Shown: positions 1-20,028 of the stretch, in pieces
How positions within the stretch are numbered: position 1 is the stretch's first letter
Layout: the number at the start of each line of letters is the position of its first letter
Program-made: the position numbers and the translations under genes
The notes under the pieces: generated by a model
Seen by the model: only the letters and a program-made list of their open reading frames with translations
Databases searched by the model: none
What the model was told of the DNA's origin: nothing
Source: Haliotis rufescens
Taxonomy: Eukaryota
Assembly: GCF_023055435.1 (NCBI RefSeq)
Contig: NW_025964235.1
Location: 1,302,001 to 1,366,000 of the forward strand
Reading direction: 5' to 3'
Length of the DNA stretch: 64,000 nucleotides

Positions 1-180
1 TGGACTGGTGGCTAAAGTCCCAGACTGATTGTGTATAGGGGAACACAAGGTTTAGTCACACCATGGATTAGTGGCTAAAGTCCTAGACTGATTGTGTATA
101 CAGGAACACAAGGTTTAGTCACACCATGGACTGGTGGTTAAAGTCCCAGACTGATTGTGTATACGGGAACACACAGTTCA
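1..180. repeat. Tandem repeat, 63-bp unit, about 3 copies (runs off the window start)
   Basis: atgga(c/t)t(g/a)gtgg.taaagtcc.agactgattgtgtata...acacaaggtttagtcacacc recurs at about 1, 63 and 126. Confidence 0.85.
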
Positions 181-744
181 ATCACATTAATTTTGCTTCA
201 GTCGCAAGAATCTATGTGAATATAACATTTATGTCCAGTGAAAATTATGTTATTTCAGCACTGAAGACCTATGCAGAAAATATACATTCAGCAGGTATAA
301 AAGTGCTACATGACAGAAACATATACATATATATACACCAGTTGAAAGTAGAGCTGCAAAGCGCAATGTGAAAAGTAGCATGTGCAGGTCAGGTTTCATT
401 CAAACAGAAAATACAACAGAAATCTTCCTCCCTAAACCATTACCAGGATTACAACCTCTAGTCACGTGAATGGACTTTAGTAATGGTATTACAGCACACA
501 CAGACAGTGGTATGATCTCTGAGTACTTAATGATATTACTGCCATGTGTACATACAGGCTACATATGCCATGGTACAGAAATATTGAGAATTCAAGGACA
601 AAACTGGTCCTGGTCACACACTAGACCACCAAACAATTCATTATATTCATTTTTGAGATATGAAGCACACTTGACACAAGGTCATTTCAGAGTGATGATA
701 ATTGCATAATTAGTTATGTTTTGGATTATCCTCTTGAAATGACC

Positions 745-2516
745 TTAATGTGTTACCATGGTTACAAGTGGTGGCTGGAGGTTACTCAGTGCAGCACATA
801 TATAGAAAATCTTGGAAACTTGTTCACTTCTTGTGAGGGGAATGACACCTTGTAAGATCCGAAAATGTTTAATTCGCTCTATTGCCTTTTCAACATGAAT
901 ACGCAAGTTTGCAATTTTTCTCATACTCTCAACCTCTCTTTCAGTTAATTTACAGTTCTTTTCCTTCTTTGGTGGAATTATCAAATGGACATTCTTTGAA
1001 CACAGTAGATCTGCAATCTGAAATCCTTCATCTGCGATTACTCCATCGTCACTGTCCAACCCATTAAGAATTCCACTCTCTTCAGTAATCTGTTTGTCAG
1101 AAATGCTTCCTGACCAAAGGTCACTGACGTATGTGACGACTCCCGATGGACTAGTTCCCACCAAAACCTTCCATGTCCTGAGCCTTTTGTAATCCGAGTA
1201 TATCAGAGTTCTGTTTCCCAGTGAGTCAGGAGTTTCAGTATACACCTCAGTACAAGCTATGACAACTCGCGTGGTTGGGTACGTTGACTGACAGGACTCT
1301 GGCATGTTAAGTCTCACAGTTTCTTGTGATGGCCAGTATATTTGGAAACTAAGGCCAAAATACATTTTGTCAATCCAAGAATTGAAAATTGAACTGACAG
1401 CTGAAGCAGATACCCGAAACCGCTTTGCCAAGTCCAACACCAAAAGGCCAAGACGTAGTCTCATGAGCACCATAAAAAATTGATCCTTTAGAGTAAGTTC
1501 ATGGGGCTTTAATTCATGTTTGTTTGTATCAGAATCTTCAGTAAGTTCATCAAACAACACAGTGAAGCTGTTCTTGTCTGGCAAACCAGTATAAAACATC
1601 ATCTCTGCATCAGCAAGGTCATCCACAGTGAGCCAAGGCCTGTGACTGTTGCTGTGGTCGGTTAAATGGGAATTGTCGGTCATGCTTACAGGAAAGTTTG
1701 TCTGTGTACATGCATCTTGTGCACATGGTGTAACGGTTACTTCCTGATGTCGGAAGTCTGCAACTGTTCTGATGTCCTCTGTGTCCAGCCTGTCCACGTA
1801 GTCATGCATCAGTACCGATACGTCAAGGCGGGATAGGGAGGAAGGGGACATCAGTCGGGGAGGGGACCTGCGTCGGGTGGCCTCGGTTTCACTATCAGTT
1901 GCTGAATTCTCCTGTTCTTCATGTGCAGCGTCAGGTGTGACAACATACAGGTCCTGTAACTGAAAACAGCAATCCGGACAATGGTGCTTTATTTTATTTC
2001 AATGACAACATCAACACTGATTGATTTGGATTGTGAATATTCTTCCACATCATGAAAGAAATTGCCAATGTCAGTATAACTTTGATCATAATCATAACAT
2101 AGTTGGAACTAGTTGTAAATAATAAATCAGTATTTTTTTATGGAATTTATGGAATTATTTCAAATAATTTAGCCCTAGATAAGATAACGTTCGGACTACG
2201 AATAGCATTTATTAATCGTGTCAGCTGATGTAGTATTTACCTTGGTACTTTTGAAGACTTTGTGGTGGAATATGGACGGCAGATTCACCTCGGAGGTAGG
2301 TCCTCGTCTTCCCTCGAAGTGTTCCGAGCACAACCGGGTCCAGGATCTCACTGTGAAGTTTGTCCTACCGAGTCTACATGACCATATACTCTTTAACTTA
2401 CGATTCCTTGAAGAGTTTCCTGAAGGAAAACGATGTAAGCTTACGGTCCTGCCATGCACTACCTTGCCGCTATAGTTGGAGCAGCCCACCACACAACAGT
2501 ACGTCCTTCCAGACAT
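745..2516 (-). CDS. THAP-domain + HTH + DDE_Tnp_4 (PIF/Harbinger, ISL2EU-like) transposase-derived protein, about 496 aa; complement(join(745..1959,2241..2516))
   Basis: Exon 1 encodes MSGRTYCCVVGC...LHRFP...W...LCSEHF...LPSIF, a C2CH THAP zinc finger, and ends at AAG|GTAAA (2241, phase 0). Exon 2 starts after ttttcag (1959; an in-frame alternative AG gives 1953). It encodes FYTGLP, DQFFMVLMRLRLGL..DLAKRF.VS (HTH_Tnp_4-like), RVVIACTEV, YS.YK, SD, ADEGF and RIHVEKAIERIK.FRIL (Harbinger-type DDE core). The ORF is intact to a TAA stop. Confidence 0.88.
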
Positions 2517-2565
2517 TGTGTCTTCTTTCACTCATCAAGTTCTAAACGTAAAACCGCCAAGCGCT

Positions 2566-2573
2566 CCGGAAGT
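2566..2573. promoter_or_regulatory. ETS/GABP-type motif CCGGAAGT about 50 bp upstream of the THAP-DDE start codon
   Basis: Exact motif match in a CpG-containing stretch immediately 5' of the ATG at 2516. Function is inferred only. Confidence 0.35.
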
Positions 2574-3114
2574 GGCTTAGGCTGTGGCCATAGGAGTGAA
2601 CTGCCACTCAACTGCCTGTCTGCACAAAGCCCTTGCGTAGCGTGCGCAACAGAGACAAGGGACCAGTCCACGGCGGAGAACGGTGCGTTTGTGTTTTCCA
2701 TTGACAGAAGAGTTCTGTCTTGTCGCGACATTCTGGAAGAATATATAGATCATATAGTGATTTCATTTGCATGAAAAAAATTACATAGGAACCTTTTCAA
2801 TTGCAGTGAATCCTGATATATTTACAGCCCCGAAATATGCATTTCTTCAAAATTAGAATGAAGTCGTTATTGAAGAACAGAACATCGATTTTTTTTCTGT
2901 ATTTTAAAAAGTAATTTACAATGAGAAGCAATCATATATAGGTGCCCTTTATCTTATAATCTGTCAGTCCAAGTCGTTTGTTTGGGTTCTTATCATGAAA
3001 ATTTGCAACAAACACACACAGGTGGCCGAACTTGTGATGACTAGTTTCCATCTGTCGTCTTTCCCACTTGTGTTTATACGTGATAGAAACACGCAAGGCG
3101 GTAGATAACTGGAC

Positions 3115-3379
3115 GTTGGTTTGTTGTTTAACGCCGCACTTAGCAATATTCCAACTATATGACGGCGGTTTGTAAATAATCGAGTCTGGACCAGACAATC
3201 CAGTGGTTTACATCATGAGCATCGATCCACACAGTTGGGATACATGCAGTGACATGCATCAACCAAGTCAGCGAGCCTGACCACCCGATCCCGTTAGTCG
3301 CCTCTTACGACAAGCATAGTCGCCTTTCGCGGCAAGCACGGGTTGCTGAAGACCTATTCTACCCCGGATCTTCACGGGT
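3115..3379 (-). mobile_element. SINE-like family A, full-length copy with no tRNA head (5' ACCCGTGAAGATCC..., 3' GCGGCGTTAAACAACAAACCAAC tail)
   Basis: Homologous segments recur at 8588-8735, about 12460-12560, 19344-20028, about 24095-24210, 30236-30431, 44180-44302, 48141-48184 and 51845-52045. It has a simple-repeat 3' tail. Confidence 0.85.
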
Positions 3380-3508
3380 TGATCCAATTGGAAAGATTAC
3401 TATTTTTAAATCTATTTGTATTACCAGAATCTAGGTTGTAAATAGTAGGGAAGATAGATACAGAATTCTCAGTCATATCTTTTCTTTCCGAATGAGTGAG
3501 CGAGCGAG

Positions 3509-3567
3509 CGAACGAACGAACGAACGATTGAACGAACGAACGAACGAACGAACGAACGAACGAACGA
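3509..3567. repeat. (CGAA)n microsatellite
   Basis: Direct reading of the sequence. Confidence 0.9.
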
Positions 3568-4593
3568 ATACTTCACTGTCTAGGTTTGAAACATTACAAA
3601 CGGATGTGCACCAGAAATCACCATCGATAGCCGCCAACATTGCCTCATTAATTACATAACGCAGTATATTGCCACGTGTTTCAGGTAATGAAGGCGGACG
3701 TGCAGGCTACAATATGTTTATCTGTTTAAAATATTCTATCTAAAATCAAATGATTCCAGTGAAATTAAATTTAGTTTTAATGAATTTAGAAGAATGATTT
3801 TCATCAACAACAAATGTACTATCGATTTTACACATTTTGCACAACGTTGCTAGGCGGATCAGAATATATAGCAAACTAAGGCCACACCTGACTGATTACT
3901 TGGTCGGCGGTTTCGTTGTTTCCCATAACAAAAATACATCAAACATGCTGCATGGCACATTGCCTCACATATTGCTGATATGGTTTAAAAAATCAGATGT
4001 CGAATTATATCTATTAACGTATAATATCTACATATAGCTATAGTCATGGCTAATGCATTGATAGATAGTGTATCTTGATCAGTAATTATTCGACTGAAAC
4101 TTGTACCGTTTACATTTCATACATATTTATTGAAGGATTTGTAGTTTAAAAGAATGATTAAAAAATGTCCAGCTCATTACTTTTGACCAAACCTCCGACA
4201 AACAACTAATTAGTTTAGTGTGGCCTCAGCAAATCATGGCGCGGGACTATGTGCGCGGTTGACAAGGTGTGGCGACAGATGTCGTCTCGCCAGATGCCGG
4301 CATATTATAATGCGGTTATCGTGTAGGGCATGCGTAGACAAGACGGTGGCTGGCCCAGAAGGTTGGGCAGTAATGCTAACAGTTCAGTTTGTTCATGTAA
4401 AAAGGAGTTGTTTTTTCGTTCGGTTAAGTCACAAGATTGCTCGAAAATGATATCTTTGTTTGTTAATCCGATTTACCGCATTTTCTGTGCAAGTAGCCTA
4501 AAGGGGAGATTTGGTATTAGTGATCTCCGTGACCTTGATGAATAGTCAGTCAATCAAACGTTATTTAACAAAATAAGGATAATAGTAATTTAA

Positions 4594-4595
<2 letters not shown>

Positions 4596-4670
<75 letters not shown>
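4596..4670. repeat. Compound (CT)n(AT)n microsatellite
   Basis: Direct reading of the sequence. Confidence 0.95.
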
Positions 4671-4673
<3 letters not shown>

Positions 4674-4756
4674 AAGCGACGTTATCTTTGATGCCAATGC
4701 AGTTTTTCTCAAGTTATGTAACAGCTCCGACCTAGGTCCCGAATCCCCCACACTGA

Positions 4757-5041
4757 GGGGGGCACGGGTGGCCCAGTCGTCTAAGGCGCCGCGATTCGCT
4801 GTGCAGAGTTGCGTCCCTTTGGCACGCCAGAAACCTATGATTGTGGGTTCGAATCCCGGTTCGCCCCGATTATGTTTCAAGGTTTGTCAGCACCATACCC
4901 GTGCTCGTGGGTTTCACCGAAGTGGTAAACGTCTGAGACCTGCATCACTTCGGGCTTTCCTCCCACATTAAGCTGACACGCCGTGATATGACTGGAATAC
5001 TGTTAAAAGCGGCGTTAAACCCAACTCACTCACTCACTCAC
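4757..5041 (+). mobile_element. tRNA-derived SINE family B, full-length, with 13-bp target-site duplication
   Basis: tRNA-Leu/Ser-like head (A box TGGCCCAGTCGTCTAAGG, B box GGTTCGAATCC), body containing TTTCCTCCCAC, and a (CACT)n tail. TSD TCCCCCACACTGA at 4744-4756 and 5042-5054. Confidence 0.9.
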
Positions 5042-5996
5042 TCCCCCACACTGATCACCATGTCCGGTTGCCAAGGATGCGACAACACCCGTGCATATAA
5101 TGTCAGGGAGTTTCGTGTCCTGATCCGTGTCCGTTTCGAGGAAAGTCAAACATACATACAGGATATACACAGCTACAGGATATACACAGCCAGTACATGT
5201 ACAAGGATATACACAGCCAGTACATGTACATTTGTTTTTGCCTTCTCGTGATCGGATGTCATTCATCAGGACTTTGAGCTGTCCTTTGTATGCCGACATT
5301 TTACATCGTACGACCACGTGTATTAGCTGTGGAAGAAACTACCCCTTCATAAACACACTCACTAACAGCTGAAGTAGACCTACTTATATGTAATAGCCCA
5401 AATTGTCCACGAGTATATTCCATATCAATGGCCTATAGTTTCTGTAATTTACGGTAATACACACGAATGTAAAGCTTCACATTGTTTCTACCATTTCAAT
5501 ATAATCTTTTCCCAACAACGGAACGATTTTAATATCAATGCAGTAGAACGTGCAAATGTTGCATCATAAGCCCGTGGCAAATCCGGTATCTACCAGTCAG
5601 GTTGCCGGTGCAGGACACAAAACAGTCCTCGCAAAGTACATGTACCTATTTCAAAGAGGGGTGAAGGTAATACCCAGTTCGTAAATATTTACCTTATTAT
5701 GCATATCATAACATTTAATAAGTATAGTTAGTTATACAACACATTCCAAAATATAATAATAACAGCAACCACACAAAAGAGAGAAGGTTTGTCATCGTAA
5801 TAACATCGTAATAATTGGTTTGAAACCTATACCCCCTACGAGATAATGGCATGGTCCATTCTAAAGACCCGGATATTCACCTTCGCAACAAGTGTTATAT
5901 TTCATCAGACACAAGAGACGCGTGGAGCGGAAACTGCTGTTATCAGAACGCTTCAGAGAACTACAGTTTTGTATTTGATAGATAGATTTTGCCAAA

Positions 5997-13862
<7,866 letters not shown>

Positions 13863-14327
13863 CGACTGTAGACGATGTCTTGTTGAGATTTTAGAATATC
13901 ATGCTTAGTTCAACAACTAAAATACAACCTTGATATTTTCCTTTTATGATTCACATATATCAGGCTATTCATATTTAAGTTGTATTAACTTATGTCCAGA
14001 ATTTGTTTATGGCATTTATGTGAATTTGTTGGCATTAAAAACATACAATAAATATTGATGAGAGAAATAAAGGCCACCATGTCCTGGTCTACTTGTTCAC
14101 TCAGAACTAGAAGATCCTTACATGTTGTGATGAGTGAGTGCCTTGAAACCCATACCAGTTGTTTTGTGTGTGACAAGAGGTGTGAGATACAACATATATG
14201 CCTCAATGTATGTTCTTGTTAACATTCCTGGCCATTACAGTTAATGAACATACCCACCAGTAAATGATATGTGATCAGCGGCATTTTAGTTGTTATTTGA
14301 ACTACCAAAACCTGAAATCCAACCCAG

Positions 14328-14333
14328 AATAAA
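14328..14333 (+). terminator. Putative polyadenylation signal of the SLC3 gene
   Basis: AATAAA about 465 nt after the stop, followed by a T/GT-rich downstream element just before the satellite starts. Confidence 0.5.
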
Positions 14334-14499
14334 AAACTTTGAAACCTATTTTTTTATTGAGTTTTCTTTGGTGAGTGATTGTTTCAGTTTGAAAACAAAG
14401 GAATAGATGGTGATTTACCAGTTATCAGTTTAGGTCATCTGATTGTAAAGGCACCAATCCATTGCCTCAAGTACACACATTTCCACCTAGAGAAGAACT

Positions 14500-15240
14500 T
14501 CCCCTGGAACACAGCCTGGGGAGCTACAGTCTCCTGGGATAGTCTCATGGGGTATATGTGTACATGTTCTATCCAACATGAACATGGGGTATATTGCCAC
14601 ATATTTCCCCTGGAACAGACTGGGGAGCTACAGTCTCCTGGGATAGTCTGATGGGGTATATGTGTACATGTTCTATCCAACATGAACATGGGGTATATTG
14701 CCACATATTTCCCCTGGAACACAGCCTGGGAAGCTACAGTCTCCTGGGATAGTCTCATGGGGTATATGTGTACATGTTCTATCCAACATGAACATGGGGT
14801 ATATTGCCACATATTTCCCCTGGAACAGACTGGGGAGCTACAGTCTCCTGGGAGTCTCATGGGGTATATGTGTACATGTTCTATCCAACATGAACATGGG
14901 GTATATTGCCACATATTTCCCCTGGAACACAGACTGGGGAGCTACAGTCACCTGGGATAGTCTCATGGGGTATATGTGTACATGTTCTATCCAACATGAA
15001 CATGGGGTATATTGCCACATATTTCCCCTGGAACACAGACTGGGGAGCTACAGTCTCCTGGGATAGTCTCATGGGGTATATGTGTACATGTTCTATCCAA
15101 CATGAACATGGGGTATATTGCCACATATTTCCCCTGGAACAGACTGGGGAGCTACAGTCTCCTGGGATAGTCTCATGGGGTATATGTGGACATGTCCTTT
15201 CCAACATGAACATTGGGTATATTGCCACATATTTCCCCGT
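14500..15240. repeat. Tandem array, about 106-bp unit (three related subunits), about 7 copies
   Basis: CCCCTGGAAC recurs at about 14501, 14607, 14711, 14817, 14919, 15025 and 15131. Confidence 0.9.
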
Positions 15241-18200
15241 GTACACCCGCATTGTGTATATTGGGACGAATTCACACCTTGAACATGATCAAGGGATATT
15301 GGGACATTTTCACACCTTGGACACGATCGAGGGTATATTGCGACATCTTCACACCTTGGACAAAATCATTAAGTATATTTGTATATATTCATACCCTGGA
15401 CACGAGCATAGGGTATATTGGGACATATTCAAACCTTGTATATGATTTTTGTATATTGGGTCATATTCAAAACTTGGACATGATTGAGAGATATTGCGAC
15501 ATATTCAAACCTTTGACACGGTCATCAGGTATGTTGGGACATATTCAGAACTTGGACATTATCGTAGTATATTGGGGCATATTCAAACCTTGAACATAAT
15601 CGTGGTATATAGGGAGATATTCAAACCTTGGACACACTCATCATGCATATTGGGACATATTCAGAACTTGGACATAATCGTGGTAAATAGGGACATATTC
15701 AAACCTTGGACACGCTCATCAGGGATATTGGGACATATTCAGAACTTGGACATAATCGTAGTATATTGGGGCATATTCAAACCTTGGACATAATCGTGGT
15801 ATATACTTTATAGGGACACAATCATCAAGTATGTTGGTAATATATTAATATCCTGGATGCGCTCATTAGGTTTATCGGGACATATTCAAACCTTGGACAC
15901 AATCATCAAGTATATTGGATATATTCATACCCTGGATGCGCTCATCAGGTTTATCGGGACATATTCAAACCTTGGACACAATCATCAAGTATATTGGATA
16001 TATTCATACCCTGAACGCGCTCATCAGGTTTATCGGGACATATTCAAACCTTGGACACAATCATCAAGTATATTGGATATATTCATACCCTGGACGCTCT
16101 CATCAGGTTCATCGGGACATATTCAAACCTTGGACACAATCATCAAGTATATTGGATGTATTCATACCCTGGACGCGCTCATCAGGTTTATCGGGACATA
16201 TTCAAACCTTGGACACAATCATCAAGTATATTGGATATATTCATACCCTGGACACGAGCACAGGGTATATTGGGACATATTCAAAGCTTGGACATGACCG
16301 TGGTATATTGGGACATATTCAAACGTTAGACATAATCGATCTATATGGAGCATATTCAAACGTTGGATATGAACATCAGGTATATTGGGTCACATTCAAA
16401 CCTTGGACATGATCGTGGTATAATGGGACATATCCAAACCTTGGACATGATCGCGGTATATTGGGACATATTCAAACCTCGGACATGATCATGGTATATT
16501 GGGACATATTCAAACCTCGGACATGATCGTGGTATAATGGGACATATTCAAACCTTGGGCATTATCGTGGTATAATGGGACATATTCAAACCTTGGACAT
16601 GATCGTGGTATATTGGGACATATTCAAACCTTGGACATGATCGCGGGATATTGGGACATATTCAAACCTCGGACATGATCATGGTATAATGGGACATATT
16701 CAAACCTTGGACATGATCGCGGTATATTGGGACATATTCAAACCTTGGACATGATCGCGGTATATTGGGACATATTCAAACCTCGGACATGATCGTGGTA
16801 TATTGGGACATATTCAAACCTTGGGCATTATCGTGGTATATTGGGACATATTCAAACCTTGGGCATTATCGTGGTATATTGGGACATATTCAAACCTCGG
16901 ACATGATCGTGGTATATTGGGACATATTCAAACCTTGGACATGATCGCGGGATATTGGGACATATTCAAACCTCGGACATGATCGTGGTATAATGGGACA
17001 TATTCAAACCTTGGACATGATCGCGGTATATTGGGACATATTCAAACCTCGGACATGATCGTGGTATATTGGGACATATTCAAACCTCGGACATGATCGT
17101 GGTATATTGGGACATATTCAAACCTTGGGCATTATCGTGGTATATTGGGACATATTCAAACCTCGGACATGATCGTGGTATAATGGGACATATTCAAACC
17201 TTGGACATGATCGTGGTATATTGGGACATATTCAAACCTCGGACATGATCGTGGTATATTGGGACATATTCAAACCTCGGACATGATCGTGGTATATTGG
17301 GACATATTCAAACCTTGGGCATTATCGTGGTATATTGGGACATATTCAAACCTCGGACATGATCGTGGTATATTGGGACATATTCAAACCTCGGACATGA
17401 TCGTGGTATATTGGGACATATTCAAAACTCGGACATGATCGTGGTATATTGGGACATATTCAAACCTTGGGCATGATCGTGGTATATTGGGACATATTCA
17501 AACCTTGGACATGATCGTGGTATATTGGGACATATTCAAACCTCGGACATGATCGTGGTATATTGGGACATATTCAAACCTTGGACATGATCGTGGTATA
17601 ATGGGACATATTCAAACCTTGGACATGATCGCGGTATATTGGGACATATTCAAACCTCGGACATGATCGTGGTATATTGGGACATATTCAAAACTCGGAC
17701 ATGATCGTGGTATATTGGGACATATTCAAACCTTGGGCATGATCGTGGTATATTGGGACATATTCAAACCTTGGACATGATCGTGGTATATTGGGACATA
17801 TTCAAACCTCGGACATGATGGTGGTATAGTGGGACATATTCAAACCTTGGACATGATCGTGGTATAATGGGACATATTCAAACCTTGGACATGATCGCGG
17901 TATATTGGGACATATTCAAACCTCGGACATGATCGCGGTATATTGGGACATATTCAAACCTTGGACATGATCGCGGGATATTGGGACATATTCAAACCTC
18001 GGACATGATCATGGTATAATGGGACATATTCAAACCTCGGACATGATCGCGGTATATTGGGACATATTCAAACCTTGGACATGATCGCGGTATATTGGGA
18101 CATATTCAAACCTCGGACATGATCGTGGTATATTGGGACATATTCAAACCTTGGGCATTATCGTGGTATATTGGGACATATTCAAACCTTGGGCATTATC

Positions 18201-19340
18201 GTGGTATATTGGGACATATTCAAACCTCGGACATGATCGTGGTATATTGGGACATATTCAAACCTTGGACATGATCGCGGGATATTGGGACATATTCAAA
18301 CCTCGGACATGATCGTGGTATAATGGGACATATTCAAACCTTGGACATGATCGCGGTATATTGGGACATATTCAAACCTCGGACATGATCGTGGTATATT
18401 GGGACATATTCAAACCTCGGACATGATCGTGGTATATTGGGACATATTCAAACCTTGGGCATTATCGTGGTATATTGGGACATATTCAAACCTCGGACAT
18501 GATCGTGGTATAATGGGACATATTCAAACCTTGGACATGATCGTGGTATATTGGGACATATTCAAACCTCGGACATGATCGTGGTATATTGGGACATATT
18601 CAAACCTCGGACATGATCGTGGTATATTGGGACATATTCAAACCTTGGGCATTATCGTGGTATATTGGGACATATTCAAACCTCGGACATGATCGTGGTA
18701 TATTGGGACATATTCAAACCTCGGACATGATCGTGGTATATTGGGACATATTCAAAACTCGGACATGATCGTGGTATATTGGGACATATTCAAACCTTGG
18801 GCATGATCGTGGTATATTGGGACATATTCAAACCTTGGACATGATCGTGGTATATTGGGACATATTCAAACCTCGGACATGATCGTGGTATATTGGGACA
18901 TATTCAAACCTTGGACATGATCGTGGTATAATGGGACATATTCAAACCTTGGACATGATCGCGGTATATTGGGACATATTCAAACCTCGGACATGATCGT
19001 GGTATATTGGGACATATTCAAAACTCGGACATGATCGTGGTATATTGGGACATATTCAAACCTTGGGCATGATCGTGGTATATTGGGACATATTCAAACC
19101 TTGGACATGATCGTGGTATATTGGGACATATTCAAACCTCGGACATGATGGTGGTATAGTGGGACATATTCAAACCTTGGACATGATCGTGGTATAATGG
19201 GACATATTCAAACCTTGGACATGATCGCGGTATATTGGGACATATTCAAACCTCGGACATGATCGCGGTATATTGGGACATTTTCAAACCTTGGGCATGA
19301 TCGTGGTATATTGGGACATATTCAAACTTGGGCATGATGG
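15240..19340. repeat. Satellite array: degenerate 38-40-mers, then a 79-bp dimer (about 15830-16260), then a homogeneous 38-bp unit GGACATATTCAAACCTYGGACATGATCGTGGTATATTG (about 16380-19340)
   Basis: Direct reading. A 40-bp variant resumes at 20030-20180 after the SINE insertion. Confidence 0.95.
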
Positions 19341-19343
19341 AGT

Positions 19344-20028
19344 ACCCGTGAAGTTCCTGGTTAGAATGGGTCTTCAGCAACCCATGTATCGTAGGCAGTT
19401 TGGCAGGGTATAGGTTTTAACAGGAAGTCTGTATATATATTTTAAAGGGAGTCTATATATATTTAATGTATTCCCTCAGTTAGGTAAGTGGGTTATATCT
19501 ATCTAAGTATTGAGAGTGATGACGATACAAATTATAACATCAGCGCGGAGTCATGTGCAGGTCAGTAGCTCCTAATTAGCGCAAGAGAATGGCCGGTTGG
19601 TCACTGAAGCTTGACATTGTGGATGAGGTGCGGGATACTGCAGGCTGACCAGAGAGGTATATTCGATACGTGGCAGCTGGTCAGTGATTTGACTGGTTAA
19701 AATTAGAATATTTTCTGTTAGTCGGGACTTGAACTTCTGACGGCGGCTAGGCAGGTTGCCTCTCTGACGCCTCTGAAATGCTGCCTGGCCATGCCTGTCC
19801 CATCACCACAATCGTAATCCATATAGATGCTGTAATTATTTTATCCCAAATAAAGTGTTGTGGACCCACTGATGGACTCCTGTGTTTCCCGGGATACATG
19901 CTTGCCGTACAAGGTGACTAGCGGGATCGGGTGGTCTGGCTCGCTGACTTGGTTGATATATGTTTTTTATCCAAATTGCGAATATTGCGAGTGTGGCGTA
20001 AAGCAACAAACAAGCAAACAACAACAAC
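19344..20028 (+). mobile_element. SINE-like family A copy inserted in the satellite and split by an LTR-like insertion
   Basis: 5' ACCCGTGAAG...GCAACCCA at 19344-19384; the remainder TGCTTGCCG...CGGGATCGGGTGGTC...GGCGTAAAGCAACAAAC lies at 19899-20028. Confidence 0.8.
19385..19898 (+). mobile_element. Solo LTR-like insertion, about 514 bp
   Basis: Ends TGTATC...GATACA form a TG..CA inverted repeat. AATAAA at 19849-19854 lies about 45 bp before the 3' end, and CATG spans both junctions. It precisely interrupts the family A element. Confidence 0.6.

Noticed and set aside
2517-2531. ORF-track start MKEDT for the THAP exon
   Set aside because: It begins at GTG; the first ATG (2516) gives the canonical THAP N-terminus.
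14379-16412. Overlapping ORFs of 60-179 aa in the satellite region
   Set aside because: They are translations of tandem repeats in several frames and on both strands, with no splice or homology support.
16380-19340. CRISPR-like periodicity in the 32-38-bp arrays
   Set aside because: Units are head-to-tail with no unique spacers, there are no cas genes, and the context is eukaryotic.
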